Assembly: GCA_025355595.1 (NCBI GenBank)
Contig: JANXZI010000587.1
Coordinates: 1 to 44,006, forward strand
Length of the DNA: 44,006 bases
Source of the DNA: Spartobacteria bacterium
Lineage (GTDB): Bacteria > Verrucomicrobiota > Verrucomicrobiia > Chthoniobacterales > Chthoniobacteraceae
Reading direction: 5' to 3'
Position 1 is the first letter of the stretch. Every line of letters begins with the position of its first letter. Shown in pieces: positions 18,332 to 26,744 of the stretch. The notes under the pieces are model-generated. The model had not been told where the DNA came from. It made no database searches and saw only the letters and a list, made by a program, of their open reading frames with translations. The position numbers and the translations under genes were made by a program.

Positions 18332-21300
18332 TCAGCGGTTGAACAAAAACGCCGGTGTGTTCACGAGGGCCCAGACGAGATCCTGCGAGCCGGTGAGCCG
18401 CCGGTTTGCGAGCTGCGTCTTGCTCTGCTCCGCGTCGGCGCGGAGTTGGACGAGCTTCGGATCCAGGCGGATTGGCTCCCCGGCTTTCGCGAGCACGGCG
18501 CGGCGCTCGACGACGCCGGGATCGGCCGGCAGCGGCATTTGGTTTTTCGCAAGCGTGAGTCGGCGCTTGGTCAGCTCCGGATCGTTTTCATTCCAATACG
18601 CGGCGATGGCCGCCTTGTCCTCGGGGCTGCGCAATAACGCGGGCTTCTTCAACGCCTCTGTGACGGCGATTGGCAGGCCGATATTCAGCGGCGCATGGCC
18701 AGTCGTGACGTAGAGCCGGAAGCGCGCGATCGAGAATCCGCCGGCGCGTGGCTGATTCAGATCAAAGCGCAGCCGCATACCCTTCATGGCGTCGCCGACG
18801 GGCTTCGCGAGTGAAAACGCGGCGTAGTGGGAGACTCCCATCTGCGGAGCGATGGCCCAGCCGTTGTTGCCGTCACCCTTCTTGTCGTCAATGGCCTTGG
18901 CCACCTCGAAATTCGGCTGACTGAAATCCGCGACTGCGCCGTTGAATTTCGCGTCATCAATCTGCTTGCCCTTGCCGAATGGCCCGGTCTTCAGGCCGAT
19001 CTCGCCGAGGACAAAATTTCCGTCAGAAAAATATCCCGGGCCGAACGCGGGCGCGTCGGGCGCGGTCAGCACCTCAATCATCACTCCGGTGATGCCCGCG
19101 AGTTTCGTGTCGGCAAAGACTGTGTAGTCCGAAGTCTTCGCCGCACCGCCGCTGGCCTTGATCGATCCGTCGGGCAGCTTCGTGAGTTCAATTCCGCCGG
19201 TGGCCTTTGGCTCCACGAGATCGAGCGGCACCCAGCCGGTGTAGGTTTTTGAAATTGGCACGGTCGCCTCGAAGTTCGCCTGCGCCGCCGTCATTTTCGT
19301 CTGCTCGTATTCCTTCACCGCCTTCACCGCGACCGTGACGCTCTCGACGCGCTTCTTCTCCGCCTCGACCATCTGCGGTGCGATTTCCTTTTCGCGGCGC
19401 GCGAGGTCCTGCTTCGCCGCTTCGATTGCGCCCGCGCGCTCGGCCTCCTGCTTTGCGATGATGGGTGCCTGCTCCTTTTCCTTCGTGCCGAGCGTGGCGA
19501 TCAGATCCTTGTGCTCCTGCTCGATGACGGCCCAGGACTCCAGCGTGCGCGCGATCTCGCCGTCGCTCGCGGGACGGTTCAGCACGCGGGCAAAAATTTC
19601 GTCAATCAGCCTGCGATCATCCGGCTGTGTTTTCACGAGTTGCGGCAGCGCATTGCTCGGATCGCCGATCGCATCGGCGATGGCCGGGCCGCTGAGCAGC
19701 GCCATCACGCTGCCGAGGCGCAGGTCGCTGCTGCGCTCGCATTCGCAAGCACTCTCGCGAGCGGGGCGTCCGGCATTTGCGAGAAAGCCGCTCGGCAGGT
19801 CGGACTGCGAATCCGCGAGCATTGAGGCATGAACGCCGCCGGGCAGACGCGAGCCGGCGCCAGTGACCTTCAGCACGGAATCGTAGAGCACCTCGGCGGG
19901 CAGGCGGCGTGCGAGTGCGTGCGAGTAGTTCGTCTTGTCGTCCTCGTTCCATTTGTTCGTGCCGAGCGCGAGCTGGTAGGTGCGCGACTTGCAAATCTCG
20001 CGCACCATGTGGCGCGTGTCGAAGCCGTGGGCGATGAATTCCTTCGCGAGAAAATCAAGCAGCTCGGGATTCGTCGCCGGGTTGCCCGCCCGGATGTCAT
20101 CGAGCGGCTCGATGATGCCTGCGCCGAGCAGGTAGCCCCACTGCCGGTTCACGTAGCTGGAGGCGAAGTAGCGGTTGTCCGGCGAAGTGATCCACGCTGC
20201 GAGTTGCTCACGCCGGGAGCTTTGGTCACCGGCAGCCTCGGTCTTTGCCGGGAACGGAAACTGCGGCTCGGCGACCTTGCCCGTGCGGAGATGCGTCATC
20301 TCGCCGGTCGGCACATCCTTCACGATTTCAAACAGCGCCTTCGGTTTTTCCACCGCGGTGCCCACGAGCTTCACGCCGCCCGCCGCGGGATCATCGCTGA
20401 AGGACACCTGCGTGAAAAATGCGCTGAGATGGTAATACTGATCCTGCGTCCAGCGCTCGAAGGGATGGTCGTGGCACTTGTTGCAGTTGAAGCGCGTGGC
20501 CAGAAAAAGGTGCGTCGTGTTCTCCATCGTCTCCGCGGGATCGCGCAGGATTTTCCAGTAGCTCGCCGCGGGGTTCGCCTTGTTCGAGCCGGATGCGGTC
20601 ACGATTTTGCGCACGAACTGATCGTAGGGCGTGTTGTCCGCGATCTCCTTGCGGATCCATTCTCGGAAAAGCTGCACGCCCTGGCCGCCGAGGAATTTCG
20701 AGTTCACCTGGAGCAGGTCGCACCACTTGTTCGTCGCGTGCTCGATGAATTCCGGCGAGCCGATGAGCCTGTCCACGATGGCGTCGCGCTTCGGGCGCAG
20801 CGGCGCCTGATCGGCAAGGAAGGCGCGCAACTCCTCCGAGGACGGAGGCTGGCCCGTGAGATCGAGGAACACGCGGCGGAGGAAGTCCGCATCGTTGCAC
20901 ACGCCGGATGGCTCGATTTTCATGCGCTGCCATTTTTGCGCGACGAGTTCGTCAATGCGGCCCCACGTCTCCGGCTGCTTCCAGGTGAAGCCGCTGCGGT
21001 CGCCCATCACGGTGAGCGTCGTCGCCGCGTAATTTCCCTCGTAGCGCGCGAGCACCGGTGCCTCGCCGCGGCGCAGCGTGTTCAGCAGTCCGTTGCCTTC
21101 GGGGAGCGCCGCGGCCACGTCTCCGTTGCCGCTTTCGACAAACGCCTCCGCGGTGACATCGCGCGTCTTTCCATTCGCAAAAGTCGCGACGACGCGGAAC
21201 TGCTGCAACGCTCCAGGCACCGGCACGACGGGATTTTTGGGGAAAACTTCGATGCCCTTCACGCGCGGCACACTCAGGTCCAGCCGCGCGCCGTCGGCGA

Positions 21301-21958
21301 TCCACGCGCGCATGATCTCGTAATATTTCTCGCCCAGCTTCGTGCGCTGCCCGCCCTCGTGGGGCACGCCGGCGGTGGACTTCAGCAGCATGAGCGAGTC
21401 TTCGGGCGACGCCACATTCAGCCGCCGGCCCGCGAGATCGTCCTTCAGCGAGCGCACGTCGTAGATCGGATCGTAGCCACGCAGCGAGAGCTTGAAGCCG
21501 TACTTGCCGTCCTTCGATCCGTGGCAGGTGCCGGCGTTGCAGCCGAGCTTCGTCATCACGGGATTCACGTCGCGGATGAAATCCACGTCCACCTTTTCCA
21601 CGACGCCCGACACTTCCACCGAAGCCGCCGCCTTCTGTCCGGAAAGTTCCGCGCTCAGCGTCACCGTCCCATTTTTCCGCGCCTCAATGTGTCCCGATTT
21701 CGAAATCTCCGCGCAATCCCCGCCGAGCTTCAGCGTCGCGAGCCGCGTGACATCCGCGACTTCGCCGGACGCAAGCTTTGCGATCACGAGCACCTGCGCC
21801 GCCTCAAATTTTCCCGCGAGCACCACCGTCGCGGGCTGCACTTCGAGCGAGACGATCTTCTGCGTCGGCATCGTTTCAGCGGCAGGCATCATCATCGGCG
21901 CGTCCGCGGCACGGAGAAAAGAGACGCTGGTGAGCAGGGCGAATGAGGCGATTTTCAT
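18332..21958 (-). CDS. Secreted giant protein: Big2 Ig-like domains + DUF1549 + DUF1553, with a C-terminal coiled coil and beta-rich domain
   Basis: ATG at 21958 gives the signal peptide MKIASFALLTSVSFLRA. LGCNAGTCHGSKDGKYGFKLSLRGYD is present. The DUF1549 hallmark is DFLRRVFLDLTGQPPSSEELRAFL. FNCNKCHDHPFERWTQDQYYHLSAFF is also present, followed by a DUF1553-like region. The C-terminus ends FLFNR. Confidence 0.88.
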   Translation of the reverse strand: MKIASFALLTSVSFLRAADAPMMMPAAETMPTQKIVSLEVQPATVVLAGKFEAAQVLVIAKLASGEVADVTRLATLKLGGDCAEISKSGHIEARKNGTVTLSAELSGQKAAASVEVSGVVEKVDVDFIRDVNPVMTKLGCNAGTCHGSKDGKYGFKLSLRGYDPIYDVRSLKDDLAGRRLNVASPEDSLMLLKSTAGVPHEGGQRTKLGEKYYEIMRAWIADGARLDLSVPRVKGIEVFPKNPVVPVPGALQQFRVVATFANGKTRDVTAEAFVESGNGDVAAALPEGNGLLNTLRRGEAPVLARYEGNYAATTLTVMGDRSGFTWKQPETWGRIDELVAQKWQRMKIEPSGVCNDADFLRRVFLDLTGQPPSSEELRAFLADQAPLRPKRDAIVDRLIGSPEFIEHATNKWCDLLQVNSKFLGGQGVQLFREWIRKEIADNTPYDQFVRKIVTASGSNKANPAASYWKILRDPAETMENTTHLFLATRFNCNKCHDHPFERWTQDQYYHLSAFFTQVSFSDDPAAGGVKLVGTAVEKPKALFEIVKDVPTGEMTHLRTGKVAEPQFPFPAKTEAAGDQSSRREQLAAWITSPDNRYFASSYVNRQWGYLLGAGIIEPLDDIRAGNPATNPELLDFLAKEFIAHGFDTRHMVREICKSRTYQLALGTNKWNEDDKTNYSHALARRLPAEVLYDSVLKVTGAGSRLPGGVHASMLADSQSDLPSGFLANAGRPARESACECERSSDLRLGSVMALLSGPAIADAIGDPSNALPQLVKTQPDDRRLIDEIFARVLNRPASDGEIARTLESWAVIEQEHKDLIATLGTKEKEQAPIIAKQEAERAGAIEAAKQDLARREKEIAPQMVEAEKKRVESVTVAVKAVKEYEQTKMTAAQANFEATVPISKTYTGWVPLDLVEPKATGGIELTKLPDGSIKASGGAAKTSDYTVFADTKLAGITGVMIEVLTAPDAPAFGPGYFSDGNFVLGEIGLKTGPFGKGKQIDDAKFNGAVADFSQPNFEVAKAIDDKKGDGNNGWAIAPQMGVSHYAAFSLAKPVGDAMKGMRLRFDLNQPRAGGFSIARFRLYVTTGHAPLNIGLPIAVTEALKKPALLRSPEDKAAIAAYWNENDPELTKRRLTLAKNQMPLPADPGVVERRAVLAKAGEPIRLDPKLVQLRADAEQSKTQLANRRLTGSQDLVWALVNTPAFLFNR

Positions 21959-22201
21959 AGGGAGCAATGGAGCGAAGGATAAACCGGGGCGCGCGGCGAG
22001 TCTTAGCCATGTGACGGGACGGGAGGCGAGGGCTGAGGCCCCGCCTGCGCAATTTTCCCGTATGGAAAGAACCCGTTTGCAACCTTGGCAAGCCGGAGAG
22101 GAAAGGCATACTCCCGACCAAGAAAACGAGCGCATGAACGACCGTGCGACTGCCATTCGACTTATGGAAATCGGTCGCTCGCTTTGGAGTACCGACAACT
22201 T

Positions 22202-22221
22202 CCCCCCCCCTCCCCAACCCC
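22202..22221. other. Homopolymeric C9 tract (C9-T-C4-AA-C4) in a divergent promoter region
   Basis: Read directly: t ccccccccc t cccc aa cccc at 22201-22221. It lies about 90 nt upstream of the ATG at 22303 and about 245 nt from the minus-strand start at 21958. Confidence 0.9.
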
Positions 22222-22302
22222 GCTTGCGGCGCGTAAAATTTGGCGAGCTGAAAAGCAATCCCCCTCAGTCAACCTCCATCCACACCAACTCAGAACCCCG
22301 CC

Positions 22303-23601
22303 ATGCCTACCGAACAACAAAGTGAATGGTTAAAACACCTCGGCGTTGATGACACCGCATCCGGCGAATCCAAGGGAGTTTTCGGTGCCGTGAAAGACGC
22401 CGCCGGGCGGGTGGCTGGCGGGATTAAACACGGACTGGGTGCCATGGCCGATTCGGCGCACGCGGCATGGGGGCGAGTGAGACACAAGGACGATCCCGCG
22501 CCGGCTGCTCCGCCCGCGTCCGGACCCGCGCAGGCGGCCGATTCTGCCCGTGCCGCCGCGAAACCCGAGGCACCGCCCAAGAAGGACGGGCCTTCGTTCA
22601 AGGGTTATCCCAAGGGACTCGAAGCGGGCGAGAAGCTCCTCACGCAAGTAAAGAAGTACGGTTTCAGCGAAGGCATCCACGCAACGTCTTCCGACGCCGC
22701 CGACCGTGAGGACACCAAGGAGATCTGGTGTTCGGGTTTGTCCAACTGGTCCCTGCTCGAAAGCGGCGTGGACGTGGACCAGAAATATGCCTACGACACC
22801 GGGAAGAAGAAGAAAGACCCGAAGACCGGCGAAATGGTTCCGGACACCAAAAAGATGTCCATTCGATCCGTCGTCGAAGGTGGCTTTGAAACCTTCGGCA
22901 AGGGGCCGGAACTTGAGCCGATGCCGACGAGCAAGGATTATCCCGATCCCGCAGAGTTGAAGACCAAGATCGCCGAGGCCAAGGCGCGCAACAAGACCGC
23001 CGCCGAGACCGCCATGTACGCGGCCTACGCGCAGGACGGGCTCTTTGGCAACTCCGCCGCGGAGGACGATCCGCGGGTCAAGGGTGCGGCGGGCGCGTTT
23101 GTGATCGCCAAGATCGGCACGGAGGTGCTCGATCTGGAGGACGTGAAGCCCGGCGATTATGTCCAGACGCGCGCGGTCAAATCACCCAAGGGGCACGCCT
23201 TCCAGATCTCCGCCTGCCACTGCACCGGCGAAGCACTCATCGGCCCCGGCGGCAGCCCGAAGCTGGTCAAGGATCTCGGTGGCGAGCGCGTGCGCACCCA
23301 CGACGGCATCTGGTATGAAAAGGCGCAGTTCATGGTTGATGGAAAGACCGACCCGGCCTTCGTCGGCAAGCACAGCGTGACGAAGACCGACGTCCTCGAA
23401 TCGAACGTGGCCAAGGCGATGGAGGACAAGAAAAAGCGTCCCGACGGTGGGGTTCAGATCAACCACGACGTGGGTTTTGCCGACCCGAAGACGAAACGCA
23501 CCTACGTCGGTCGGCTGTCCTCGAGTTCATGGGCCGGCTACTCGCGCCACGCGCCGGCCTTGAATCGCCCCGAGGGCGAGAGCCTGCCGAAGGGCTCCTG
23601 A
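22303..23601 (+). CDS. Hypothetical protein with an NlpC/P60-like (papain-fold) Cys...His pattern; no signal peptide
   Basis: Clean 432-aa ORF with an ATG start. EIWCSGLSNWSLLESG resembles the D-C-S-G catalytic Cys block. VKPGDYVQTRAVKSPKGHAFQISACHC resembles the PGD....H(x9)H block. The N-terminal ~100 aa are Ala/Pro/Gly-rich. The functional call is tentative. Confidence 0.65.
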   Translation: MPTEQQSEWLKHLGVDDTASGESKGVFGAVKDAAGRVAGGIKHGLGAMADSAHAAWGRVRHKDDPAPAAPPASGPAQAADSARAAAKPEAPPKKDGPSFKGYPKGLEAGEKLLTQVKKYGFSEGIHATSSDAADREDTKEIWCSGLSNWSLLESGVDVDQKYAYDTGKKKKDPKTGEMVPDTKKMSIRSVVEGGFETFGKGPELEPMPTSKDYPDPAELKTKIAEAKARNKTAAETAMYAAYAQDGLFGNSAAEDDPRVKGAAGAFVIAKIGTEVLDLEDVKPGDYVQTRAVKSPKGHAFQISACHCTGEALIGPGGSPKLVKDLGGERVRTHDGIWYEKAQFMVDGKTDPAFVGKHSVTKTDVLESNVAKAMEDKKKRPDGGVQINHDVGFADPKTKRTYVGRLSSSSWAGYSRHAPALNRPEGESLPKGS

Positions 23602-23603
23602 AA

Positions 23604-24830
23604 CTACTTCGCCTGTGTCGGCGCGGAATTCGCCGGGCCGGCGGCCCACTCGATGGTCATGCCGCCGCGGTGCAGGAAGGTGACGACCTCCTTTTCAATC
23701 TGCGCGAAGCTGCGCCCGCGGATGAGATGCTCGTCCTGCGCCTGCTGCCATTTTTTCCCGGCACCGATGTCCTTGATGAAGGCGACCATGTGCGCGGCGT
23801 CGCCCTTGTCGTCGCCGTGGTAAAAGTAATACGTGAGCGCGATGGCGGAGGTATAGTTGCGCGAGACGGTGCCATCCGGGCTCGTGCCGAAGCCCGCGTG
23901 CCACTGCGCTGGGGTGATATTCATGAGGTAATCCAGGTGCCAGATCGTGTGTTTGCCAGGGCGCAGATGCTCGAGTTCCTTCACGGTCACGCCGAGCTTC
24001 GGCATCGTGAAGCGGCCCGAGGGATGGAACTTTGCCGAGCCGACGTACATCGCGGAACCCTCGACGTACCACTCGGGAATTTTGCCGAGCCAGTGGTTCA
24101 TCATCTGGTGCGTGATTTCGTGGACGAGCGTGTCGTTGCTGGCCATCGGGATGACGGTGTAGTGCTTGCCCGCGAGCTTCACGCCGAGGCTCACGATGGG
24201 CACCTTGATGGCCTTTGCCCCGCCGGAATAAATCCCGGCGCTGCCCACGATGCCGCCGTCCTTCAGATAGTCCTGCTTCTCCGTATAGAGCTTCGCGACG
24301 AAGAACTCCTGCCCCTTCTCCGGCGTCGGGTCTATTCCGAGCGGGAGCGCGCAGTTCACCTCGCGCGTGCCCTCGAACATGCGGCCAAATTCCCGCACGA
24401 CATCCGCGCCGAGGCGCGAGTCGCAGCGGAACTCGAAGTGCTGCGTGCGGTAGATGTATTCCTTCGTCTCCGGGGATTCCTTCACGACGGTGGCGACGGC
24501 GGGCTCCTTCAGTTCGGTGGTGGTCGGCCATGCGCCCGGGGCCTTGCCCGTGCGCGCGGCTGTGCCCGATGGCGAGGCAGTCGCGGGCCTCGCGATCTGC
24601 AGCTTCACGTAGTCCTGATCCGCCGCGATGAGCAGCGCGAACGCCACCTTCATCGTGGTGCCGTTCTTGAGCAGCAGCTTCACATTCAAGCCCTCGATTC
24701 CGCTGAATGAGGCCTCCACGGAATGATTCGCGGTGTCAGTCCAAGTGCGCATCTCCGCCGCGCAGCCCGGCGCGGTGGATACAAATAGCATGAGCACCGC
24801 ACAGGATACGGGGAGGAGGGATTTTTTCAC
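23604..24830 (-). CDS. Secreted SHD1-domain + HExxH metallopeptidase-like protein (DUF1570-like)
   Basis: GTG start at 24830 gives the signal peptide MKKSLLPVSCAVLMLFVSTAPGCAA. RTWTDTANHSVEASFSGIEGLNVKLLLKNGTTMKVAFALLIAADQDYV fits the SHD1 pattern. TLVHEITHQMMNHW is an HExxH motif. Confidence 0.8.
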   Translation of the reverse strand: MKKSLLPVSCAVLMLFVSTAPGCAAEMRTWTDTANHSVEASFSGIEGLNVKLLLKNGTTMKVAFALLIAADQDYVKLQIARPATASPSGTAARTGKAPGAWPTTTELKEPAVATVVKESPETKEYIYRTQHFEFRCDSRLGADVVREFGRMFEGTREVNCALPLGIDPTPEKGQEFFVAKLYTEKQDYLKDGGIVGSAGIYSGGAKAIKVPIVSLGVKLAGKHYTVIPMASNDTLVHEITHQMMNHWLGKIPEWYVEGSAMYVGSAKFHPSGRFTMPKLGVTVKELEHLRPGKHTIWHLDYLMNITPAQWHAGFGTSPDGTVSRNYTSAIALTYYFYHGDDKGDAAHMVAFIKDIGAGKKWQQAQDEHLIRGRSFAQIEKEVVTFLHRGGMTIEWAAGPANSAPTQAK

Positions 24831-24936
24831 AGGAAATGGTGAAGGGTGAGCAAGAAATTAGCGGCAACGGGTGTCAAGCCGGACTTACGCCCAGTCGCTC
24901 CTTGGGCCTCAGAGTTTCTACCGAAAGTCAGAAACT

Positions 24937-25018
24937 AAACGCAGAGACGGGAAGCAAAGAGAAGAAGGCATCGCAGGGAATCACCCTGGTTTCTCTGCGT
25001 CTCCGCGTCTCTGCGTTT
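24937..25018. repeat. Degenerate copy of the GACGCAGA-unit hairpin
   Basis: The right arm ttctctgcgtctccgcgtctctgcgttt (24991-25018) is nearly identical to the right arm at 12944-12971. The left arm aaacgcagagacgg... matches for only about 13 nt. Confidence 0.6.
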
Positions 25019-25211
25019 CAAAAAACGGCTGCTCCAACCACCATACGGGCATTTCCCGTACACGCTCTCAGGATGCTTGCGCGAGCACCCTGGTTCGTGG
25101 GTCGCTCCGAGGCCTGCCGGAAGTTCAACAGGGCAACATTCCTTCGGGCACCCTCGAAAGATAAGTGAAACGACCGCTCGCTTCCTGCGGAAAACCTGCG
25201 ATGGTGACGAG

Positions 25212-25619
25212 ATGAAGACAACCTATGGATTTTCCCGCCGCGGCCCTGATCGGGTGGCAGAGGAGCTTGCAGCCGTGCTTTCCAAGAAGACGCCCTTTGA
25301 GTTCAAGTCGCTCTTCGACATCGTCCACGCGAACCTCCGCGCGAAGAACGCGGCTTCCGGCGGTGAGGAAATGCTCCGCCTGCGCCTTTACGAGAAGCTC
25401 CAAAATTTCGTGCAAGCTGGCTTTGCCAAGAAGACCGGCAAGGAATATCGCGGCGTGCCGAAGGGCCTTGAGACGTTCCTCTCGACTGCGGCCGATCTGA
25501 ATGCGCGATTCGCCGCCGGCACGCACAGTCGCCCGCCGGTCATCACGCCGGTTCCAGTCCCGGTTCCGGTCGCTGCGAAGCCGAAGCCGAAGAAGCGCGC
25601 ATCCACGGCTTCCGTCTGA
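25212..25619 (+). CDS. Hypothetical small protein with a basic Pro/Lys-rich tail
   Basis: ATG at 25212: MKTTYGFSRRGPDRVAEELAAVLSKK...MLRLRLYEKLQNFVQAGFAKKTGKEYRGV...PVPVPVPVAAKPKPKKRAS. Composition is protein-like. I recognise no motif. Confidence 0.55.
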   Translation: MKTTYGFSRRGPDRVAEELAAVLSKKTPFEFKSLFDIVHANLRAKNAASGGEEMLRLRLYEKLQNFVQAGFAKKTGKEYRGVPKGLETFLSTAADLNARFAAGTHSRPPVITPVPVPVPVAAKPKPKKRASTASV

Positions 25620-25666
25620 CATTCCGCCGCTGCGATCGCGGGGAAAAATCAGGGCCGTCGCGCGCC

Positions 25667-26098
25667 TCACTTCTCGTGCGTCGGCAGTCGATTTCTCCGG
25701 CGCGAACGAGACGATGTCCCCCTGCTGCTCGCGGATTCCGCCGCGATTCCGAGGCAGATGCGCTTCTGCTCGATGCTGAGGTGGCCGCAATGGCAGTTCT
25801 CGTAGAGTTTGGTGTCGAAGAACCGAAACATACACCTCCGTCTGAATGCCTGGATGCTGAGGATTAGCCCTGAGAGGTGGATGATGGGAGGATTCCCGTA
25901 GCGAAACGCCACGAACGCACAAAAAGCCGGCAAGCCGATCGCGCAGAGCCACTCAAAGTCATAGGTGACACGCGCACTCCGGTCGCATCTCTCGCTCCCG
26001 GCGACATAGGCGCGGTTTGCCAACGTGAAGTCAGAGTTTCCGTCCGCGATAGTCATGGGATTGGCGTCAAATCTAGATTCCACAGGAGAAGGAACCAC
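25667..26098 (-). CDS. Hypothetical Cys-rich small membrane protein (weak call)
   Basis: GTG at 26098 or ATG at 26056 (MTIADGNSDF...). Two hydrophobic segments (WLCAIGLPAFCAFVAF, IIHLSGLILSIQAF) are followed by FFDTKLYENCHCGHLSIEQKRICLG. GC is lower than in neighbouring genes. No family recognised. Confidence 0.35.
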   Translation of the reverse strand: MVPSPVESRFDANPMTIADGNSDFTLANRAYVAGSERCDRSARVTYDFEWLCAIGLPAFCAFVAFRYGNPPIIHLSGLILSIQAFRRRCMFRFFDTKLYENCHCGHLSIEQKRICLGIAAESASSRGTSSRSRRRNRLPTHEK

Positions 26099-26335
26099 TG
26101 ACCTGTACTAACCTGCACTCATGGAAGAGTTCCGTCAGGAGTTGGTCGCGGAAGGTCTTCATTTTGCGGGTGAAGAAAAGAGGCAATGTGTGCCCCCCTC
26201 ATATCATCTCTTTCGGAAATAGGTCGGGACGCACGCCACGAAAGGCGGGACGCCCACCTTACCCGAGACACACCGTCCCGCTATCTGTCCGTTTATTTGT
26301 ACAAGACGCCTTCATCCTAAATCCGGGAATGGGAT

Positions 26336-26442
26336 GTCATGCCAAGGCGCCAAGAAGCGGAACTTGCCGGAAGCCGTCCATTCCATCAGCCGGGGAGTGC
26401 GGAAAAATCCCAACCCTTTGCGCCTTGGCGCCTTGGCGTGAC
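26336..26442. repeat. Intergenic inverted repeat (CCAAGGCGCCAAG family)
   Basis: gtcatgccaaggcgccaag (26336-26354) against cttggcgccttggcgtgac (26424-26442). 18 of 19 positions are complementary. Confidence 0.7.
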
Positions 26443-26493
26443 ATTCTTTCCTTCCATGACCGGATTAAGGTTCATTAGTGCAGGTGAGTGCAG

Positions 26494-26646
26494 TTTATTA
26501 CTCCGGCACCTAAACAGGTTTCACTCCGCATCTTAATCGTAATCATAATCCTACTCTTAATCTGCGTATGAGCAGGGATTAGGATTGCGGATAAGATTAT
26601 GATTAAGACAGCAATGCCTCGCATTTAGTTGCCGGGCTAATAGTGG
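26494..26646. repeat. AT-rich ~150-nt compound imperfect palindrome built from GATTAN/TAATCN hexamers
   Basis: Outer arms 26494-26515 and 26623-26644: about 16 of 22 complementary. Inner arms 26532-26562 (cttaatc gtaatc ataatc ctactc ttaatc) and 26577-26607 (gattag gattgc ggataa gattat gattaag): about 22 of 31 complementary. Local GC is about 40%. Confidence 0.65.
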
Positions 26647-26744
26647 TTTTGCCAACTTCGATGAATTAGCTTAAATGATTATTCCCCAGTCTTTGGCGGC
26701 CTGCGTCCTTCCCGGAAGACATGATGGACGGCTCCCCGCTCCCG

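Noticed and set aside
12880-25018. Possible CRISPR-like signal from repeated gacgcagag / ctctgcgtc units.
   Set aside because: The units are 8 nt, directly abutting with no spacers. They form the two arms of single hairpins and occur at unrelated loci. No cas genes are present.
26164-26536. Track ORFs 26164..26478 and 26339..26536 (+) in the low-GC gap.
   Set aside because: Their translations (…GRTPRKAGRPPYPRHT…, …HAKAPRS…CALAPWRD…) are read-throughs of the inverted repeats. They have no start context or motif.
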